The notes: generated by a model not told the origin, from the letters alone. Shown: positions 1 through 16,687, numbered from the stretch's first letter. The stretch: DNA of 64,000 nucleotides from the human T2T-CHM13v2.0 reference genome, Homo sapiens (GCF_009914755.1 NC_060936.1), one strand, 5' to 3'. Program-made: numbers and translations.

Positions 1-1995
1 ACAATATCCTAAACATTTTGAAAGATGTTACTTCATGCTGTGTTTTTAACAGTGCTGGCATAGAATTTTGGCAAATTGCAATATGAAATTAAATATCCAG
101 GATTTATTTCTACAGTGTGCTCATAATATTCATTTAGATAAAAATCTTAACCTCCACACACAATCTTTGATAGAAGTACAAAAGAATTGGAGTTAACATG
201 GCTTTAAGATGCTTCTAAGTGACTCAAAGTTAACATATCATAGAATGAAAATTAAACTGAATTGTGTTTGGTCTAAACAAATAATGACCATGCAAATTTT
301 GTTAAGGTTGTGCAAATTAATTCTCCTGGGTAGTTTTAACATCAAATTCTATCCAACTATTTTCCCCCCAGAAGTACAGCCTAAAGATCATCTTAAGTGA
401 CCAATAATAGTGACGATGATGAAGATGATGATTGACACTAATGTCACTGACTCATTATGAAAAGACGTCAGTATTTTGGAGGAAAGGGAGTATTATCTTT
501 TTCTGCTCCATTTTCATTTTTTTGCGGACTTGAACCAATCCTAAAATCCACTTCGACAATCTAGTATCCCACATAAATAACATACCTAAAAGAGTAAGGT
601 TCTAGGATTAGTGGAGAGCTTAAATCCTAGGAGTAATCTGAACAGACCTCCATGGAATTCAAAGCTAAAACCTTGGCAACACTGACAGTGCTATCTAATG
701 AACCTACCCTCAGCAGGCCCAATACATGATAGCTTAAAAATACATCCAATTTCAGAACGCTATTGGCAATATGGTATTTTTTCTAGCCAATCTTCTTTTC
801 TATATTATGTCAGAAGAATAGAAATCTTATAAACGGCCTAATGAAATATGAATTGAATTGATAGTATAAGAGTCTATATATACCACAAAATCAAATGAAA
901 TATCAGTGTTAGTGCAGGAGTTTCTTCTTAAAGAAGCCAGATTCTTTGAAAAAACAAAACAAAACAAATCTTTACCTATTTACAAATGAAGCACTTCATA
1001 TTTACAGCTCAGTTTTGCAAATGAAAATAAAAAGTAAAGGACAACAAATATGAAAAAGTAATAGAATCTCATACTAAATGAGTACATAAAGCTAAGTATA
1101 CTTAAAATTAGGGATGATTAAGCAATTAAATTCAGGAATGAATGACATAAAATAAAACCTTAATAATTTTTAATATGGTATCTTTTTAATGTTAAAGATA
1201 ATTTATTATTTAAAGTACCCTATGCAAGGAAGTCCCTTAAATTTACTAATATATATTATTCTGTCTTACAAACATTGTTCTTATATTGGCCAATGTGTAC
1301 AAACCCTCAAAGATTGTTTAGAAAACTACACACACCTCATTCACTAAGAAAAAAAAAAAAAACTATACTTTAAATATTTCAAGCCAAATCTATATTTGGT
1401 ATTTTGACTTATCCAACTGTCATATTTTTAAAAGGTAGCAATTGTACATACTAAAATCAATAAAAATTTAAATAATATATATTTTTTAAAAAGCATTTTC
1501 ATTTGAATAGTTGATAATATCTTTGTGCTGTTAAGTGATGCCCTCTCACTTAATTTTTTTACATAGGCTTTGATTTGTAAATAATCTATATGCTTATACT
1601 TTATTTTAAATGGATGAGCCATTCAGTATTTCTGTCCATTAAGTTTAATTAATTACAAATGAAATTTAAAGGTATAGTCTTTAGACTAATGAAGGATTTT
1701 AAAAGCCAAAGATCAAGACCTCTCTATGTTGTTTCTTAATGAATTATGGTTAAATATGAATTTAAGATAAAACAACAAAAATTTTTCTAATAACTTGAAT
1801 TTAAGCTGACTATCTTACAGGCCTAGGCTGGTTTCATTAACTGAAACATGATGGTAATGAATCGAGGGGCACAAGTACATCTATGTAAGAATCGTCTTTG
1901 CTAATCTATGAATAGAAAGAGCAGAAGCTTATACACATTACAACTGAAAACATGAAAAAATACAAACTAATCTCTTCTATTAAAAAAGCATTTAA

Positions 1996-2131
1996 GCTGG
2001 GTGTGGTGGCATGCACCTGTAATCCCAGCTTATCAGGAGGCAGATGCTGGAGGATCACATGGGCCCAGGAGTTCAATATCAGCCTGGGCAACATAGTGAG
2101 ACCCTGACTCAAAAAAATAAAATAAAGATAA
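1996..2131 (+). mobile_element. Alu monomer (FLAM-like)
   Basis: Single Alu arm with A-rich tail. Confidence 0.85.
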
Positions 2132-2763
2132 AGAAGCACATGCTTACTAAGAGCCTTTAGCACAAACTTCACGTAAACATATGTACTTTCCATTGTACTA
2201 CCCAAACCTAAATTTAGAAACAGGATTAGAAAAATATCATTCCTATTCTTCTTGGCTATAAATTTACCCATACAAAGTTAAATTTAATTATACATTCTTA
2301 ATAGTCTTGGATAGACAGGGCTTCACAGATAAATTGTAATTTAAGCAAGAATTATTTTTTCCTGTTTAACCCTAAACACAATAATGTGGTCTTTACTAGC
2401 TCATCTCAATTGAATATCATGCCTTAGTATTTGGGCTTTATATAATTTAGTGTGTATATTAATTTCTGCTCCTGAGCTCTTATAAATGAAACTGCTGGGA
2501 GCTGTGCACAAGGCTTAAACTAAAGAAACCTCTTAAAGACAGTGTGGATATCACTGAAAGTATTTTGGGGAAAAACTAAATTTTAATGTAAAAGAGAACA
2601 ACTTTTAGAAAGAAGAGAACCATAAAAATAAAATGCAGCACTCCTTTGACTTTGTCTAATTCCTTGTGTCTTTCTGGGTGGAATTCTGTAGTCAATGTGT
2701 TTTAAAAATACATCAGCACCTTTTGCTTCTCCCTATAATGAAAAATATAAAATTAAAAACAAA

Positions 2764-3088
<325 letters not shown>

Positions 3089-3333
3089 ACAAAAGGGAAG
3101 TCATGAAACACAGTGGCTGCTTGGAAAACTTCCAGGAAAGGACCTTGCCATGGAATATTACCTCAAAGCTAACTTCACATTGCATCTGGAGTTTAGTAAG
3201 CATTGTACTTTCACTATCCCTTTCTGTCAATTGATTAGTTGAAAACATGATAATATGCTTTTGACAAGAGCTGCTTGAAGATTGTACTATAGAGACTGTA
3301 GCTTTTCTGGCCTGAACAGTGGAATCGCTCTAC

Positions 3334-3444
3334 CTTTAGCTGGAGCACCAGGTCCATTCGGTATTTACCAAGAGGGTTTATGTCATTCAGAATCAAAGCA
3401 ATGATGATATCAATCCCATTAGACTCATGTGTAGCGATACAGGT
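3334..3444 (-). CDS. ITPR2: ITPR2 coding exon (probable exon 43), 111 nt, phase 0-0
   Basis: ttctag|ACCTGT...AAG|gtagag; [37 protein letters not shown]; missed by the ORF track. Confidence 0.96.
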
Positions 3445-5900
3445 CTAGAAAACAAAATATTTGTAAAATATCATTTTATTCACAACAGAATAGCACTAGA
3501 ACTAACAGGATATAAAACAACATAATCACCTTAATTTTTGACCTTTAAAAAATAGGTAAGATTTACCTTTGAGCATTTGACTTATTCTTTTGTATAGGGT
3601 CTGGCAATTAATTGATTAGTATTGATCAAATGGTTTTGTATGCAGAACACTGAGCGAGACACTGCATGAAGCACGTATCTTTTAAAATGAACTGTGTTTA
3701 TAGAATTTCAGAGAATACTGGTTAAGTTAAATATCCTTCCATTCAATAAACTTTAATATACCAATCAACAGAGGAGATCTTTAAGGTCAGAATTTTAAGA
3801 TCTGAATTATCCTCAATAAAAGAATTTTCCCATTTATGAAAGACATGTGTCCCTCATACCTGAGATTTGTAGGCAAATTTTATGGTACCAATGAAGCATT
3901 TTAATTTCGTTGCTACTTAATGCTAAACTGATGACAAGAGATGCTGCTGTCCAAGCCAGGTGGAAGTGAAGACAAGTAATATGAGACTCTCCTGATGTTT
4001 GGGGACATGCTGTCAATAATGATGGCTGAAGGAAAAATTTACTGGATTTCTTAAACTTACATGAGGGAATCTTGATTGGGGAAAATTTATGAAACATCCT
4101 GTGAGATAAATATCCACATTTTGAAGGTTAAGATCGACCATGCTGGGGTTCTGAATTTAATTTTACAGGTCTTAAATCAGGAACTTGCGAGCCAGATTTG
4201 TAGGACTATGTGTTAACAATGTAGCACCTTGTCAAGAGGTATGAAAAACTGAAATCCTGGTGAGTTAAATGAGAAAGACCAAAATCAAGACAACTTCAAA
4301 ATGACTGCTTTTTCAGCATGGGCCTTATTTCTCCCTTCATACAATGGAGTTTTTATTCCTCTGACACAGAGGAAAGGTGTTTTCTACCCATCTCCTACCT
4401 GTCCTGAGGTTCTTCTGCTCATTAAAATATTTCCCAAACTTAAAGAGAATCTTTTTGCAGATCATCTCCAGAATTTGCCAGCAATCTTTCCTCCCACACA
4501 TTTTCAGAGCAATGGGGAATTATATGTGGGGTTCATGTTATTTGAAAATTAGCTTTTACTTTTAGAACTTATTTGGTTTTAGTAAATTACTTTCAAAGCT
4601 CTATTCCATTCTCTTATGAGACCAAAACTGGGGAACATTCTTACAAGCTTTCCTGGAAACAGCAGAAGAGACAAATGGTATAATTATTTTCTATTATAGA
4701 TGTACAAGTTTTTATCAACAACAAAACCAAATCTCTGAATTTGTATGTTTTTCCTTAACTTTAAATCAACATTTAGGTTTTCTTGTATCATTGCTCTGGG
4801 AGACTGAAATATAACCCAGAAAAATGCAGGGAAAAATCCACAAACTCTTTCGGTATTTCATATGTACAGTACAGAAAGGGAAAATACCCCCATAACAAAT
4901 TGTTTATGCCAAAACTGTCCTGTTTTCATTGTACACACCTATGCATGTACACATGTGTGTATAGATTCATAAATGTATGTGTGTGTGCATAGACACCGTG
5001 TGTATGTGTGCGTATCTCATGTAAACTGCAATGTTTAAAAAAGCAAATTTCTTTTTCACAATTTTCTATGTCAATCGTTGATGTTTGCTCTCAATGACTT
5101 TTTTAATATTTATATCCAGAAATGTTTATGACTTGAAAACTCTGTCTTCTGGACTGATCCATGCTTATGATGGTAGCTCCATGATGCCTGAGAGGAGGTG
5201 AAACAGTCAACTGGCAAACTTTCAGGTGGCATCCCTTACCTTGATTGACCCAAGTGTCCTGCCTTCTACTCCCACAATATATCCTTGATATCCCAGAAAA
5301 CAAAATCAGAGACAAACATTCTGGAAAAGAGACTTGAAACTGTGCCCTCCAAAATGTAATATAGTCAAAAGAGCACTCGATTTAGACTCAGAATCAAAAG
5401 TCCTTAGTTGTAAGAATGGCTCTACAACTTATTGATTCTGTCACTCTGAAACTCTGGAAAGTCACTTAATCTTTGGGTTAGAACCTATTCATCAGCAAAC
5501 TAGAAATAATGATACCTATTCATAAGTTTATTGTGCATATAAAATAAATAACATATACTACTCCTTGTAGGGATGCCAAAGGAGCCAAAGAAAGTTTATT
5601 CCACAAATCCTGGAAAAGTTCACTAAAGATGAAAACTGGGTGGTGGTCATGACACGTATTTCACTTTTTTCAGTAAGTTGATTTTTATCTTGAACATTTT
5701 CATGGGACTTGTTTTTACAATGAAATTATCTACAAATACAGCATAGTATTTCCTTGTCTATAATTCAGTCTTTGTATGTTTTATTAGGAAAGTAAAAATG
5801 TCTGGCAAAGCAAGAAGAAAGATCTTTCAAGTGCACACAAAGATTGGCTCCTTCCCCAAATTAATCCCTTTACTAATTAGTCATGGATACTTCTGGTTAC

Positions 5901-6101
5901 CTGATTTTCATGGCAAGGGCCCTGGCAATACTCAGTCAAGCTCTCCAGGTTCTGGTTGACCAGCGCTACATTCTTCTCATTGATGTAGAGACCCAACAGG
6001 CCCAGGCCACCGGTTGTACTTCCACAAATGCAGTCCAGAAACTGAAGGGTCTCACAGACTAGGTTGTAATTTGTTTTGTTGTTTTGATTCCTCAAGAAGT
6101 T
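5901..6101 (-). CDS. ITPR2: ITPR2 coding exon (probable exon 42), 201 nt, phase 0-0
   Basis: cttcag|AACTTC...CAG|gtaacc; [44 protein letters not shown]...[15 protein letters not shown]-associated domain. Confidence 0.98.
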
Positions 6102-6278
6102 CTGAAGGCAAAAGAAAATAAAATTGAAGGGTTACAAAAATTCACTGTGCTGATTGTTTGCTGTTCTTCCCATATGTGTGCTTTTCTAACTTTTCTTTGT
6201 AAGAAAAGTATTCGCATTTATTAAAACTGTCCTCCACTTAAGGAGGGAGAAACGCCCTTAGGTTTTTCCCCAAGCATC

Positions 6279-6389
6279 TATATATATATACACACACACA
6301 CATATATATGTATACATGTACATATATATGTGTGTATATGTGTGTATATATGTATATATGTATATATACATATATGTGTATATATATAT
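6279..6389. repeat. Compound (TA)/(CA)/(TG) microsatellite
   Basis: Alternating purine-pyrimidine tract. Confidence 0.9.
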
Positions 6390-6869
6390 CAAGATAGTTC
6401 ATAATAAACATTTCTCAGTGTCATTATCATCAAACTACACAGAGAGGGAAAGAGTAATGGGAAGTCGGAAAAAGAGAAAAAAAAACTAGGTAGAAAGAAG
6501 TTCATTAGGGAGAGAAGCAAATTTTCAATTATAAATAATCTCATATGAACAGTGCAACTTCATTGTTCATTAATTATAAATGATATAATCATTATGAAGG
6601 GCAACTGGAAGTATCTATCAATATTTTAAGTTAACATACAGCTCCACTTCTAAAAAAGTTTTTCTAGATATATGTACATAAGTACACCAACAGGTTCTCT
6701 GCATACTGCTTGTTATACGAACACCAGAAACCATATCATATGTATGGTAATGTGACTGGCTTAATGAATAATAGTACATCCAAACATTAGAATACTGTAA
6801 AACTATAAAAATTAGGTACTTCAACATGTACCAATAAACATAACCTGGCAATAAGTAATTGACTAATAA

Positions 6870-7217
<348 letters not shown>

Positions 7218-8306
7218 GGAATACCACAGAATATGATTTTTAAAAAATGTTTACCTGCACAGTTCGATATGCTTATGCATGCATAAAAATTTCTAGAAGA
7301 AAAAACCTGGGCCCTGACAATATTCAGTCAAGTTCTCTAGATTAATCACCTGTTAACAGTGGTTTTCTCTGGGGAGTAAACCTAGTAAAAGGGTAAGCAG
7401 GGAAGGAAACATGTTTTATATTTTAATTTAGTATTTATTTCTATTAATTTATTATTTAACGTGTTTATTTGAATTTATATCTACCATTTATTCTTCTTAA
7501 GACAACTTTAAAAGTAGTATTTTCTATACTGATCCCACACTCCTACCAGTAAACTGTTCAATCAGATACTATCTAATGTATTATACACCCTATACATCTA
7601 TTTCCTACACTGCCAGACGAAATGGGTTAGGATAGGCCCATGGGCACTGATCCAGTATTGTCCCTCTGGAAGCAATGTTTCTGGCCTTGGCCTGCCTGTG
7701 TACAAACAATGCAAAAAAGAGGCCAAAATTCAGAAATTCATAGGCAATCCTAAGTTCATTTATCTAACAAAGGAAAATGCAGGAAAGAAGATATGACACT
7801 GACTACATTCATTTTTGAATGTATCCACCTTCACTCTGGTTAAAAACATCCTCTTCTATGTTAATTCTGTTTCAAATGAAGACATACAAATATACTCAGT
7901 ACTCTCACTCAAGAAATATGAATTGGCTTGAAAATAATGAAAGCCCCTTAAGAATATAAAATCATGAAAGATATAGATGAGACAAATGTGATCTCTCTCA
8001 ACAATATAACCTTACCAGAGAATACTAGGAAGACAGGATGCCCACTGAGGCTAAAAATATTTGAGGCTAAAAATATTGAGGAGGATGACACTGTATGAGC
8101 CTGATTTTTTTTTCTTGCATAAAAGGATTTTCTTCTTCCTTTTCTTCACTGATACCAAAGTTTCTTCCCATTTCAGAGGAGCACTATTGCTTTTATTGAT
8201 TATCTTTCTAAAATGCTCTCCGAAACTACTTGTTGGTTTTATTTGAATTTAATTACTGATAAACATAGGTTGTATTCTCAGCTTTCACACAAAACAGAAC
8301 AAATAC

Positions 8307-8563
8307 CTGCAATTCCCGGTTGTGATTCTCACACAGTAACTGAAGAAATCTCAGTATTGGCTGCATGATGGCAATTGCGGGACTCATTGTTACTTCCTCT
8401 GCGGATTTTTCCTCAGTGTTTCCCGCTTCTGGTCCTGTGCACATAATGTCTATTTCTGGATCCATTTCTCTTCTGTATACACAATATGCTTTGGATGTTG
8501 CTGAAGAAGCTTCTGTTAATTGCCCTTTCATTCCCTCTTTTAAATGTAGTGTTGAATCTCTTA
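8307..8563 (-). CDS. ITPR2: ITPR2 coding exon (probable exon 41), 257 nt
   Basis: tttcag|TAAGA...CAG|gtattt; (V)RDSTLHLKEG...IMQPILRFLQLLCENHNRELQ, start of the RIH-associated domain. Confidence 0.97.
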
Positions 8564-9271
8564 CTGAAAACAAAGCAGTACTTTTATATTTCTGAACCAA
8601 TTTGCTTTTACTAATTAAAAAAAAAAAAAACAAACCAGGTACCCAAATTCTCTAACAATTGAATTAAAAATAATCTGACAAAAGGTGCAACAATTTCCAA
8701 AAAGGATTTGAGAGAGCACTTAAAAATTAAATTTGCAGTGGGTCATAAAAAAGATCTCAATGCTTAGCAAATTTTAAAAGGACTCATGTCTTTCTGATAT
8801 ATACATATATATATTCATGTATATGAGTTTCATATTCAAGGAGGTAAGAAAATGTGACAAACTTCAAAATGTTAATGTCTTTATGATTTGTATTTAATAC
8901 ATGGATGATTTTGTCATTCTGAATACCAAGAATCTTTCATTGGAGTTTGGTGTGGTAATTTCTGTTTTTAAAGTTTCATTTTCATGGTCACTTAAAAGAT
9001 TTGGGGCAGTTACTATTTACCATGCATGCCACAATGAAATCAAACATCTTTCATGCCGTTGGTTGCTTTGCACTGATTATGTCTCATTTAAGTTTAGTCC
9101 TGCAGAGCCGTTTTAGGGTCACCCCATGACCAAAATTCTTTATGGATGATCAGAGCCACAGTGGGGATAATTAAACCAAGAGAAGAGAGACGAAAAATGT
9201 TAATGAGATTTAAACGCTATTCCCCTCTTTTCTCTCACTCTGTTCTCCCAAATACTCAAATACTTCTTTAC

Positions 9272-9455
9272 CTCTCATTCGTGGACCAGATGTCATCAAT
9301 TCATTGTCATCGTCCCTTTTTTTGTTACCTAAATCTATGGTATTAACTGTCACTGTTGATCTTATTTCTTTCTGAGCAGCCTTCATTCGATCATAGAGAA
9401 CTTTAAAGAATTTTTCTGACTTTTTTTGTTCATGCAACTGCTGGTAGAAAGAATA
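9272..9455 (-). CDS. ITPR2: ITPR2 coding exon (probable exon 40), 184 nt
   Basis: ttgcag|TATTCT...AGAG|gtaaag; [39 protein letters not shown]...GPRMR. Confidence 0.97.
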
Positions 9456-11639
9456 CTGCAAGAAAACATATTTTAAGACATCAATACCCAAGGGGAGACA
9501 AATGGTGTTTTTATGCTTGAACTAAACATAAGCATTATAGGCAAAAGCACACACTTAATGCACCACCCATTACTATTTCATAAATTGACAGCCTTTGCCA
9601 GTTTCTTGTACTATTTAATGTGTACTAATAATAGTTGGTATTTACTTAGCATTTTCCACTAAACTCCAACATATTTTCAGATGCTGTTTAATTTATCCTT
9701 ACTGGTTATATATTTTTAAAAACTTACAGGGACATTGTAAGAAGTTGTATGGAAAGAATTCTTTGATTTTTATATTATTATAAAGTCATGCATTGATTCA
9801 ACATGTATGTATTGAGTGCCTACTATGTGTCAAGCCCTCTGTTAATAGGGATAGAACAAAAATGGAAACCAACAACAATCCTTGTTCTCATGAGTTTGTA
9901 ATCTAAAGTGGAAAATAGCCATCAATCCAAAGATCATCCTGTATAAACATGAGTTTATGGAAAGTTACAAAGGACTATTTTTCTCTTTATCTAAATTACA
10001 GCACATTTAATTTGGAAAGTGTTACCATGGTAGCCTCACTCATGGGATCTCACTGATAAACAGGTACCAACTTCTTTTGGTTCCTCATTAGCTACATTGC
10101 TTTGCATGGGGTCTCAGACAAATCCACCTTAAAATAAATATAGTCAATAATGATGTAGAAATGGTTCAGAAACAAAAGTATGATAAAATGTATCTTTGTA
10201 AGATGTGGAAATATTCAACCTTGGGAAGATTTACCCTAATTCTTGCCTGCTCAATGCCTTATGGAAGTGTCCAGGAGAAGCAGTAGGAGGTAGGAAAGAT
10301 AACACATTCCAGAGAAGACAGAATTTGAAGTGGGTGGGGGAATTATAACTTATTACTACCAAGATTATGAGATAGATACAAGACAAACAAGATAAATATC
10401 ATTTGTAAATTAATAAAGATAATAACTCCCTAACTGTAGTGAATAAAAGAGTTATATAAGCTTGAGGAGAGATAGTATGAAGAAAACATAAGAAAAAATA
10501 ATTTCCAGATCAAGCAGAACTGGCCCTACTCCAATATAAGAACATTTAAACAGCCAGTTTGGGGGAGTTTGCCCCAGGATATGCTTTCCTTTAGGAATTC
10601 CTGGAAACATGACCCACAGGTCTTGGGATCTGTAACTGAGACTCTAATGACATCAGGTCTTGAAATGGTTGCCTACCCTGCAATTTTCTCTGTGGGCAAT
10701 GTATATACACAGAGTGTCTTATGAAGCCTTAGATGTCAGCTGCACACCTACAAGGGTAAGCTCCTACACAGAGGGCAAGCAACCCTCAAGAAAGAAGGCC
10801 AAAAAGTCACGGTAACCATAGCAACCACAGTAAAACAGTCAAGCTGGTTTTGTTAATTCAAACAACAAATGCAGCATCCACAGACCTCTACAATCCCATG
10901 AATTAAGCAGATGATAAAGCCCAAATCTTTTCAATATAATGGGGTTAGAAGGTGGAAGGAGTTTCCAGTATATTAATGAGGAGTTATGAGAACTTTGTGG
11001 CTCTATTAAAACAAAGCTTCATAATTTATGTAGTTCTTCTATATATATTACTTCATAGATACTTTCAATTCAACAGTGTGATGAATAGAGTGCTCTTAGT
11101 TCCATTTTATAGATTCATAAAATGAGGTTTAGTAAAGATGAGTGACTTGCCCAACATTATATAACTAGTAAGGGGTAGAGCTAGGATTTAAATCTAGATT
11201 TTCTGACTCTAAATCACTAAATGTATAAAACAACCTCTTACGATGAAAATGCTAGATTATTTACATAGATAACACCTTTTAAGAACGAGGTATCTACAAT
11301 GCTGAACAACACGATTTTAAAAAGGAAAAGTAGGTTTCATATATATTTATATAATCTCAACAAGTAGCATAAGTATTCCTTTCACTAAAGACATGATTTT
11401 TGCTTAGGAAACTACCTCCATTAGCTGCATAGAGTGTAAGGGGAAAGAAACTCCAAGTGTTTTGGAGCTAAGGGGGATGGATCAACAGATATGTGTGACA
11501 GGAGACTGGAAGAGGCAGAGAAGGGAAGGGAAGTGAGAATGGAGAAAGACAAGAGCATGATGCAGGGAGAATCCTCAAGTGAAATATCCTAGTGGTGAGG
11601 ATGGAGATGGCTATTTCTAGAAAAGAGATGCTTATTGCA

Positions 11640-11850
11640 TCTAAGAGCACAGAATCTGGAGCCAGACTGCATCGGTTTGAAACCTATCTCTATCTCTAAC
11701 TAGCGATGTAAGCTTGGGTCTATCTCAGTTTCTTCTTCAGTAAGGTAGGATAACATACCACTTACCTCACAGGTTGTTTGAATATTAGCCAAGTTAATAC
11801 ATACAAATCACAAAGAACAGCGCCTTATATTTAGTAGGTATAATTTTTCT
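11640..11850 (+). mobile_element. MIR
   Basis: tctggagccagactgc...tctcagtttctt...acttacctcacaggttgtt core. Confidence 0.7.
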
Positions 11851-12686
11851 TATTGCTATCATTAGGTTCCATTTGAAATTGTAATATAAGTACCTCCTAT
11901 ACCTTCTCCTTCAGTTGATCTTTAACAAAGTATAGAACATACACACATTGACTTAATGTAGTTAGAAAGGAAGAAATAAAGGAAGGGGCTGCAGTTCTCA
12001 GTATGACAGAAGCAGGGGTGTTAAGAATTTATGTGCTGAGAAAGCAAGACTTTTTTGGCTAAGGAGACAGTGAGAATGTAAAACCCCCATGGAACTGGCA
12101 AGTGTCTTGGGGAGGAGTGCGCTTTAGACTGCTATAGGGCAAGGAATAAGATTTGAGCTAATCTCAACTAGACCTCTTAGAGCCAGGAAAACATAGTTGC
12201 CATCTGGGTTATACAATGTGAGACATCCGAGTAGAGGAAGGCTGGTCCTTATTGTCATAATCCATCTTAAAAGAAGGTTTTCATATATAAGAGTAATTTA
12301 ATGCTGTTTCATCAAAAAATATTTGTTGAATGGCTATAAAGCACTGTAGACATAAAGAATAGGATATGATCCCCTATACTGAAGAAGTTGAAATTCAATT
12401 GGAGAGGCAGGGTATAATACAAATTACAACCAAACAAAGTAGCACATGCAAAATGCCAAGTGGTATTAAAGAAACAAGTGCATGGAAGCTGAGATAAGGG
12501 AATGGACACCAAATGTCCCAGACAGCTAGGAAAGACTTTGTGAAGAAGAAAGAATTTAATTAGGACCATTCATTCACAGAACCATTCACTTCTGCACATT
12601 GACTGAACCCCAAGATTGGTCCAGACACAAGGGGTACAAAGATGAATAAAACGTAGTTTCAACCTTTAAGGACTTATAATTTACTA

Positions 12687-13040
<354 letters not shown>

Positions 13041-13405
13041 AAGTGGTAGAAATGTCATTAAAGACATCCACAGGTTATAACAGGGGCACATAGTAAGCAG
13101 TAATCAATTCTACCCAGTGAGATATGGAGCCTAGGCTTCTAGGAGAAATGTATTGAGTTGAATCCTCAAAGAGGAGAAAGCAGCATGAGAAATAACACAA
13201 CGCATTTGAGGAATGGCAAAGAGCTAAGTGTAGCTGATGCATAAGAGGAAGGATGGAGGAGGCAAGAGGGTGGAAGAACAAGGGAAAGTTGGAAAATTTG
13301 AAGAGATCATGAAGTATCTTATGGACTGTAGCAGGGAGTTTGTCTTTATAGGGCAGGTGACATATTTTAAGCAGAAGAATAGCATGTTTTTGGAAAGGCA
13401 TCTTT

Positions 13406-13784
<379 letters not shown>

Positions 13785-14829
13785 CTACTTGTCACTGTCT
13801 AGGAAAAGATAAGGAGAATCTGTAGTGAGAGCTGGAAAAGCAGGAATTGAAAATAATAGAGTATGGATATGAGGGATATTAAGGGGGCAGAATCACAGAA
13901 GTTGGTCATCAGTGGGATGTTCAGGAAGAGAGTAAGTAAGGGTGGACAAGTTAAGGTCAAGGATGACTATCATTTTCTGGTCAGACAACTGGGTAGATGG
14001 AGTGCCAGTCACTGAGAGAGGCAATGGCAAAAGGAGCAGTGCGTGTATGGAGAGCAACAGCAGACTCCATGTGAGACATGTTGAGTTTAAGGCATTTGTG
14101 CACATCCCACTAAATATTCTGGAAGACAGCTGGATACATAGTCTAGAACGTCAGTAAGTTCAGAAGCATCCAAACACAGTAAACGTTAAAGGTGTGGAAA
14201 TGAAGGAGGTCAGGGTGGGGAACACACAGAGTGAGAACAGAGAGTCCAAAGAAACTTGGGAGTTAAGTAGAGGGAGAAAAACCTTTGCAGAAGGCTAAGA
14301 AGAAATGGTAGGAGGTAGAAGACAAGCTGGAGAGGGTGGTATCCCAAGACCCAGGCAGAAAAGGTTTCAAGAAGAAAGAAAAAGTCACTAGTGGCAAATG
14401 CCACAGAAAATCATGTAAAGAAGGACTGAAAAATATTTCGGTTGTGAAGAGATCTAGGGGAACAACTTGCCAGGAATTTATAAGTAGAAGGTGCAGTTTC
14501 CAATGGGAGCTGGCTTATTCCCCAGCAATATGAGGATATAAGTAAGCATAAATAAGTGCGAAGGATGAAGGATGATCCCATCTGGTGACCCTTAGTGGCC
14601 TAGAAACAGAAATCTACAAAAGACTGTAATCCTGAGGATATCTTCTAGAGATGCCCCCCACCAAAAAAAAAAAAAAATCCTTCACTTCTATCCACTGAAC
14701 AAGCCTTTATCTAATGTTATGTGGTTGACTGGACACTTTCTCTAGAAAGTCCCAATTGACAGAACTTCCTGGTTTAAGTCTGAATAGTATTCTGTCATGT
14801 TTATATATCACATTTTTAAAAATCATTCA

Positions 14830-15094
14830 TCCATTGATAAGTGAAATAGTGGAATCTAAAAATGTTGAAGTCATAGACGTAGACAGTGGAACATTGGTCA
14901 AAGAGTCCAGTTTCAGTTAAACAGGAGGAGTAAGTTTTGGTGTTCTACTGTAAAGCAAGGCAATGATACTTAATAACAATAATATGCTATATATTTCCAA
15001 ATAGCTGAAAGAATTTTAAATGCTCTCACTACAAGTAAATGATAAATATTTGAGGTGATGGATATGCTAATTATCCTGATTTGATCATTGCACG

Positions 15095-15143
<49 letters not shown>

Positions 15144-15217
15144 AAAGCATCAGATTGTACCCCATAAATATACACAATGATTATTTGTCAATTAAAAATT
15201 AAATTAAATTTTAAAAA
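14830..15217 (+). mobile_element. L1M 3' end fragment containing (TG)n(TA)n
   Basis: gaggtgatggatatgctaattatcctgatttgatcatt L1MA-type 3' UTR. Confidence 0.75.
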
Positions 15218-15659
15218 GTCCCAACTGAATACCTGGTTCAGATAAGATAATTTCCAAAAAAACTCACTCAATTTCCTCCATCACCTCCTTCCTCAAATTC
15301 CCTCAGAGGAAATCTATGCTGCAGCTACAGCATCATGAGAATTTTAAACACTTTCTTTTCTCAACTAAGTACTATTGATTTAGCGTTGTTTTTGTCACCA
15401 TGCCACTTGCTGCTCATGAGGCCTTTACTCCTAAAGCCACTGTGATTGGATGTGTTAGATGGTAATGTTCCTATTGTTCAATGTATTTGATGGTTAAATG
15501 AAGCACAATATCCCAGTTTCAAATTAGACATGGCTTCTGCTGGCCTTGAGTCGAGAAAATGGCTTTTGGAATTTCTAATTATATACTTAGTTGTAAGTAG
15601 ACAGTTTTCTTTACTGACCAAGGCAAACCTAGAAAGAGCAGGCTACCGAGCAGCAAAAC

Positions 15660-15929
15660 AGACAGCTACATAGGAGGAATAAATTCCTGTGTTCTAATCC
15701 TCAGTAGGGTGGCCATAATTAACCATTTATTGTATATTTTCAAACAGCTAGAAAAGTGAATTTTGAGTGTTCCCAACACAAAGAAATGATAAACATTTGA
15801 GGTGAAAGATGTGCTAATTACCTTGATTTGATCATTACATATTGTACACATGTATCAAAATATCACACTGTACCCTATAAATATGTACAATTATTATTAT
15901 TTAACCATAATGATAAATGAAAAAAAAAG
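15660..15929 (+). mobile_element. L1MA-type 3' end fragment
   Basis: tgtatatttt...ttgatttgatcattacat...accctataaatatgtacaattatt. Confidence 0.75.
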
Positions 15930-16351
15930 ACTGGAGGACAATGTCTGTCATCTGGGAACACTCCCCAGCACTCGGGCTCATGCAGCATGTTTTGCTTTTG
16001 GGTGTCGTCAACCCTACGGGCCACTTGGCAGAAGTTTCAAAAGAAAACATGTGCCTTCTGGAAATAGTGGCCTAATCTCCTGTGTGCAGGTGAGCATATT
16101 GCTCACTGTTGTGGAATTCCTGGAATAATGTCAGAAGGAAGTTTCAGAGGAATGTTCTGCTTGACTGAATAAATTGTGAAGCTCTGTAGTTTCTACAGCA
16201 AACAAATTTAAGAAAAGTGTGATACATGGATTTTTTTTTTTTAGATAGTAATAAGAGCTAAAAGAAACACATTACTTTTCCTTGGTTTCTGTGACAAGTA
16301 AACAAGAAATACCAATAATAAATGTAATCCCCATGATTGATGAACAAGTAC

Positions 16352-16539
16352 CTGTGTTTGTGTATTTCCTCCTTCAAGCAAGGCAATGCCGAGGAAAATG
16401 CCTTCTGAAAAAATTCTGTCATTTTTGGTGTTCACTATAACATCGATGACAAGTTCTGATGCACCTTCTTTATCCAGCAGACACTGAATGTCTGACATTG
16501 ATATCCCCATCTTATCTGAATCTTGTCCAGAAAAGCTTC
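16352..16539 (-). CDS. ITPR2: ITPR2 coding exon (probable exon 39), 188 nt
   Basis: cacag|GAAGC...CAG|gtactt; (G)[62 protein letters not shown], an IP3R motif. Confidence 0.97.
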
Positions 16540-16687
16540 CTGTGATTGGGAAAAATAAATAAATAAACCTTAATTGTAGACATTATTAATATGTAAGGTT
16601 TTCAAATTCTTAAATTTTATTATTTTAATAAAAATATTAATCATTGAGATTTTTTCCCTACAAAGTTAAATATAATAGAAGCTTGAG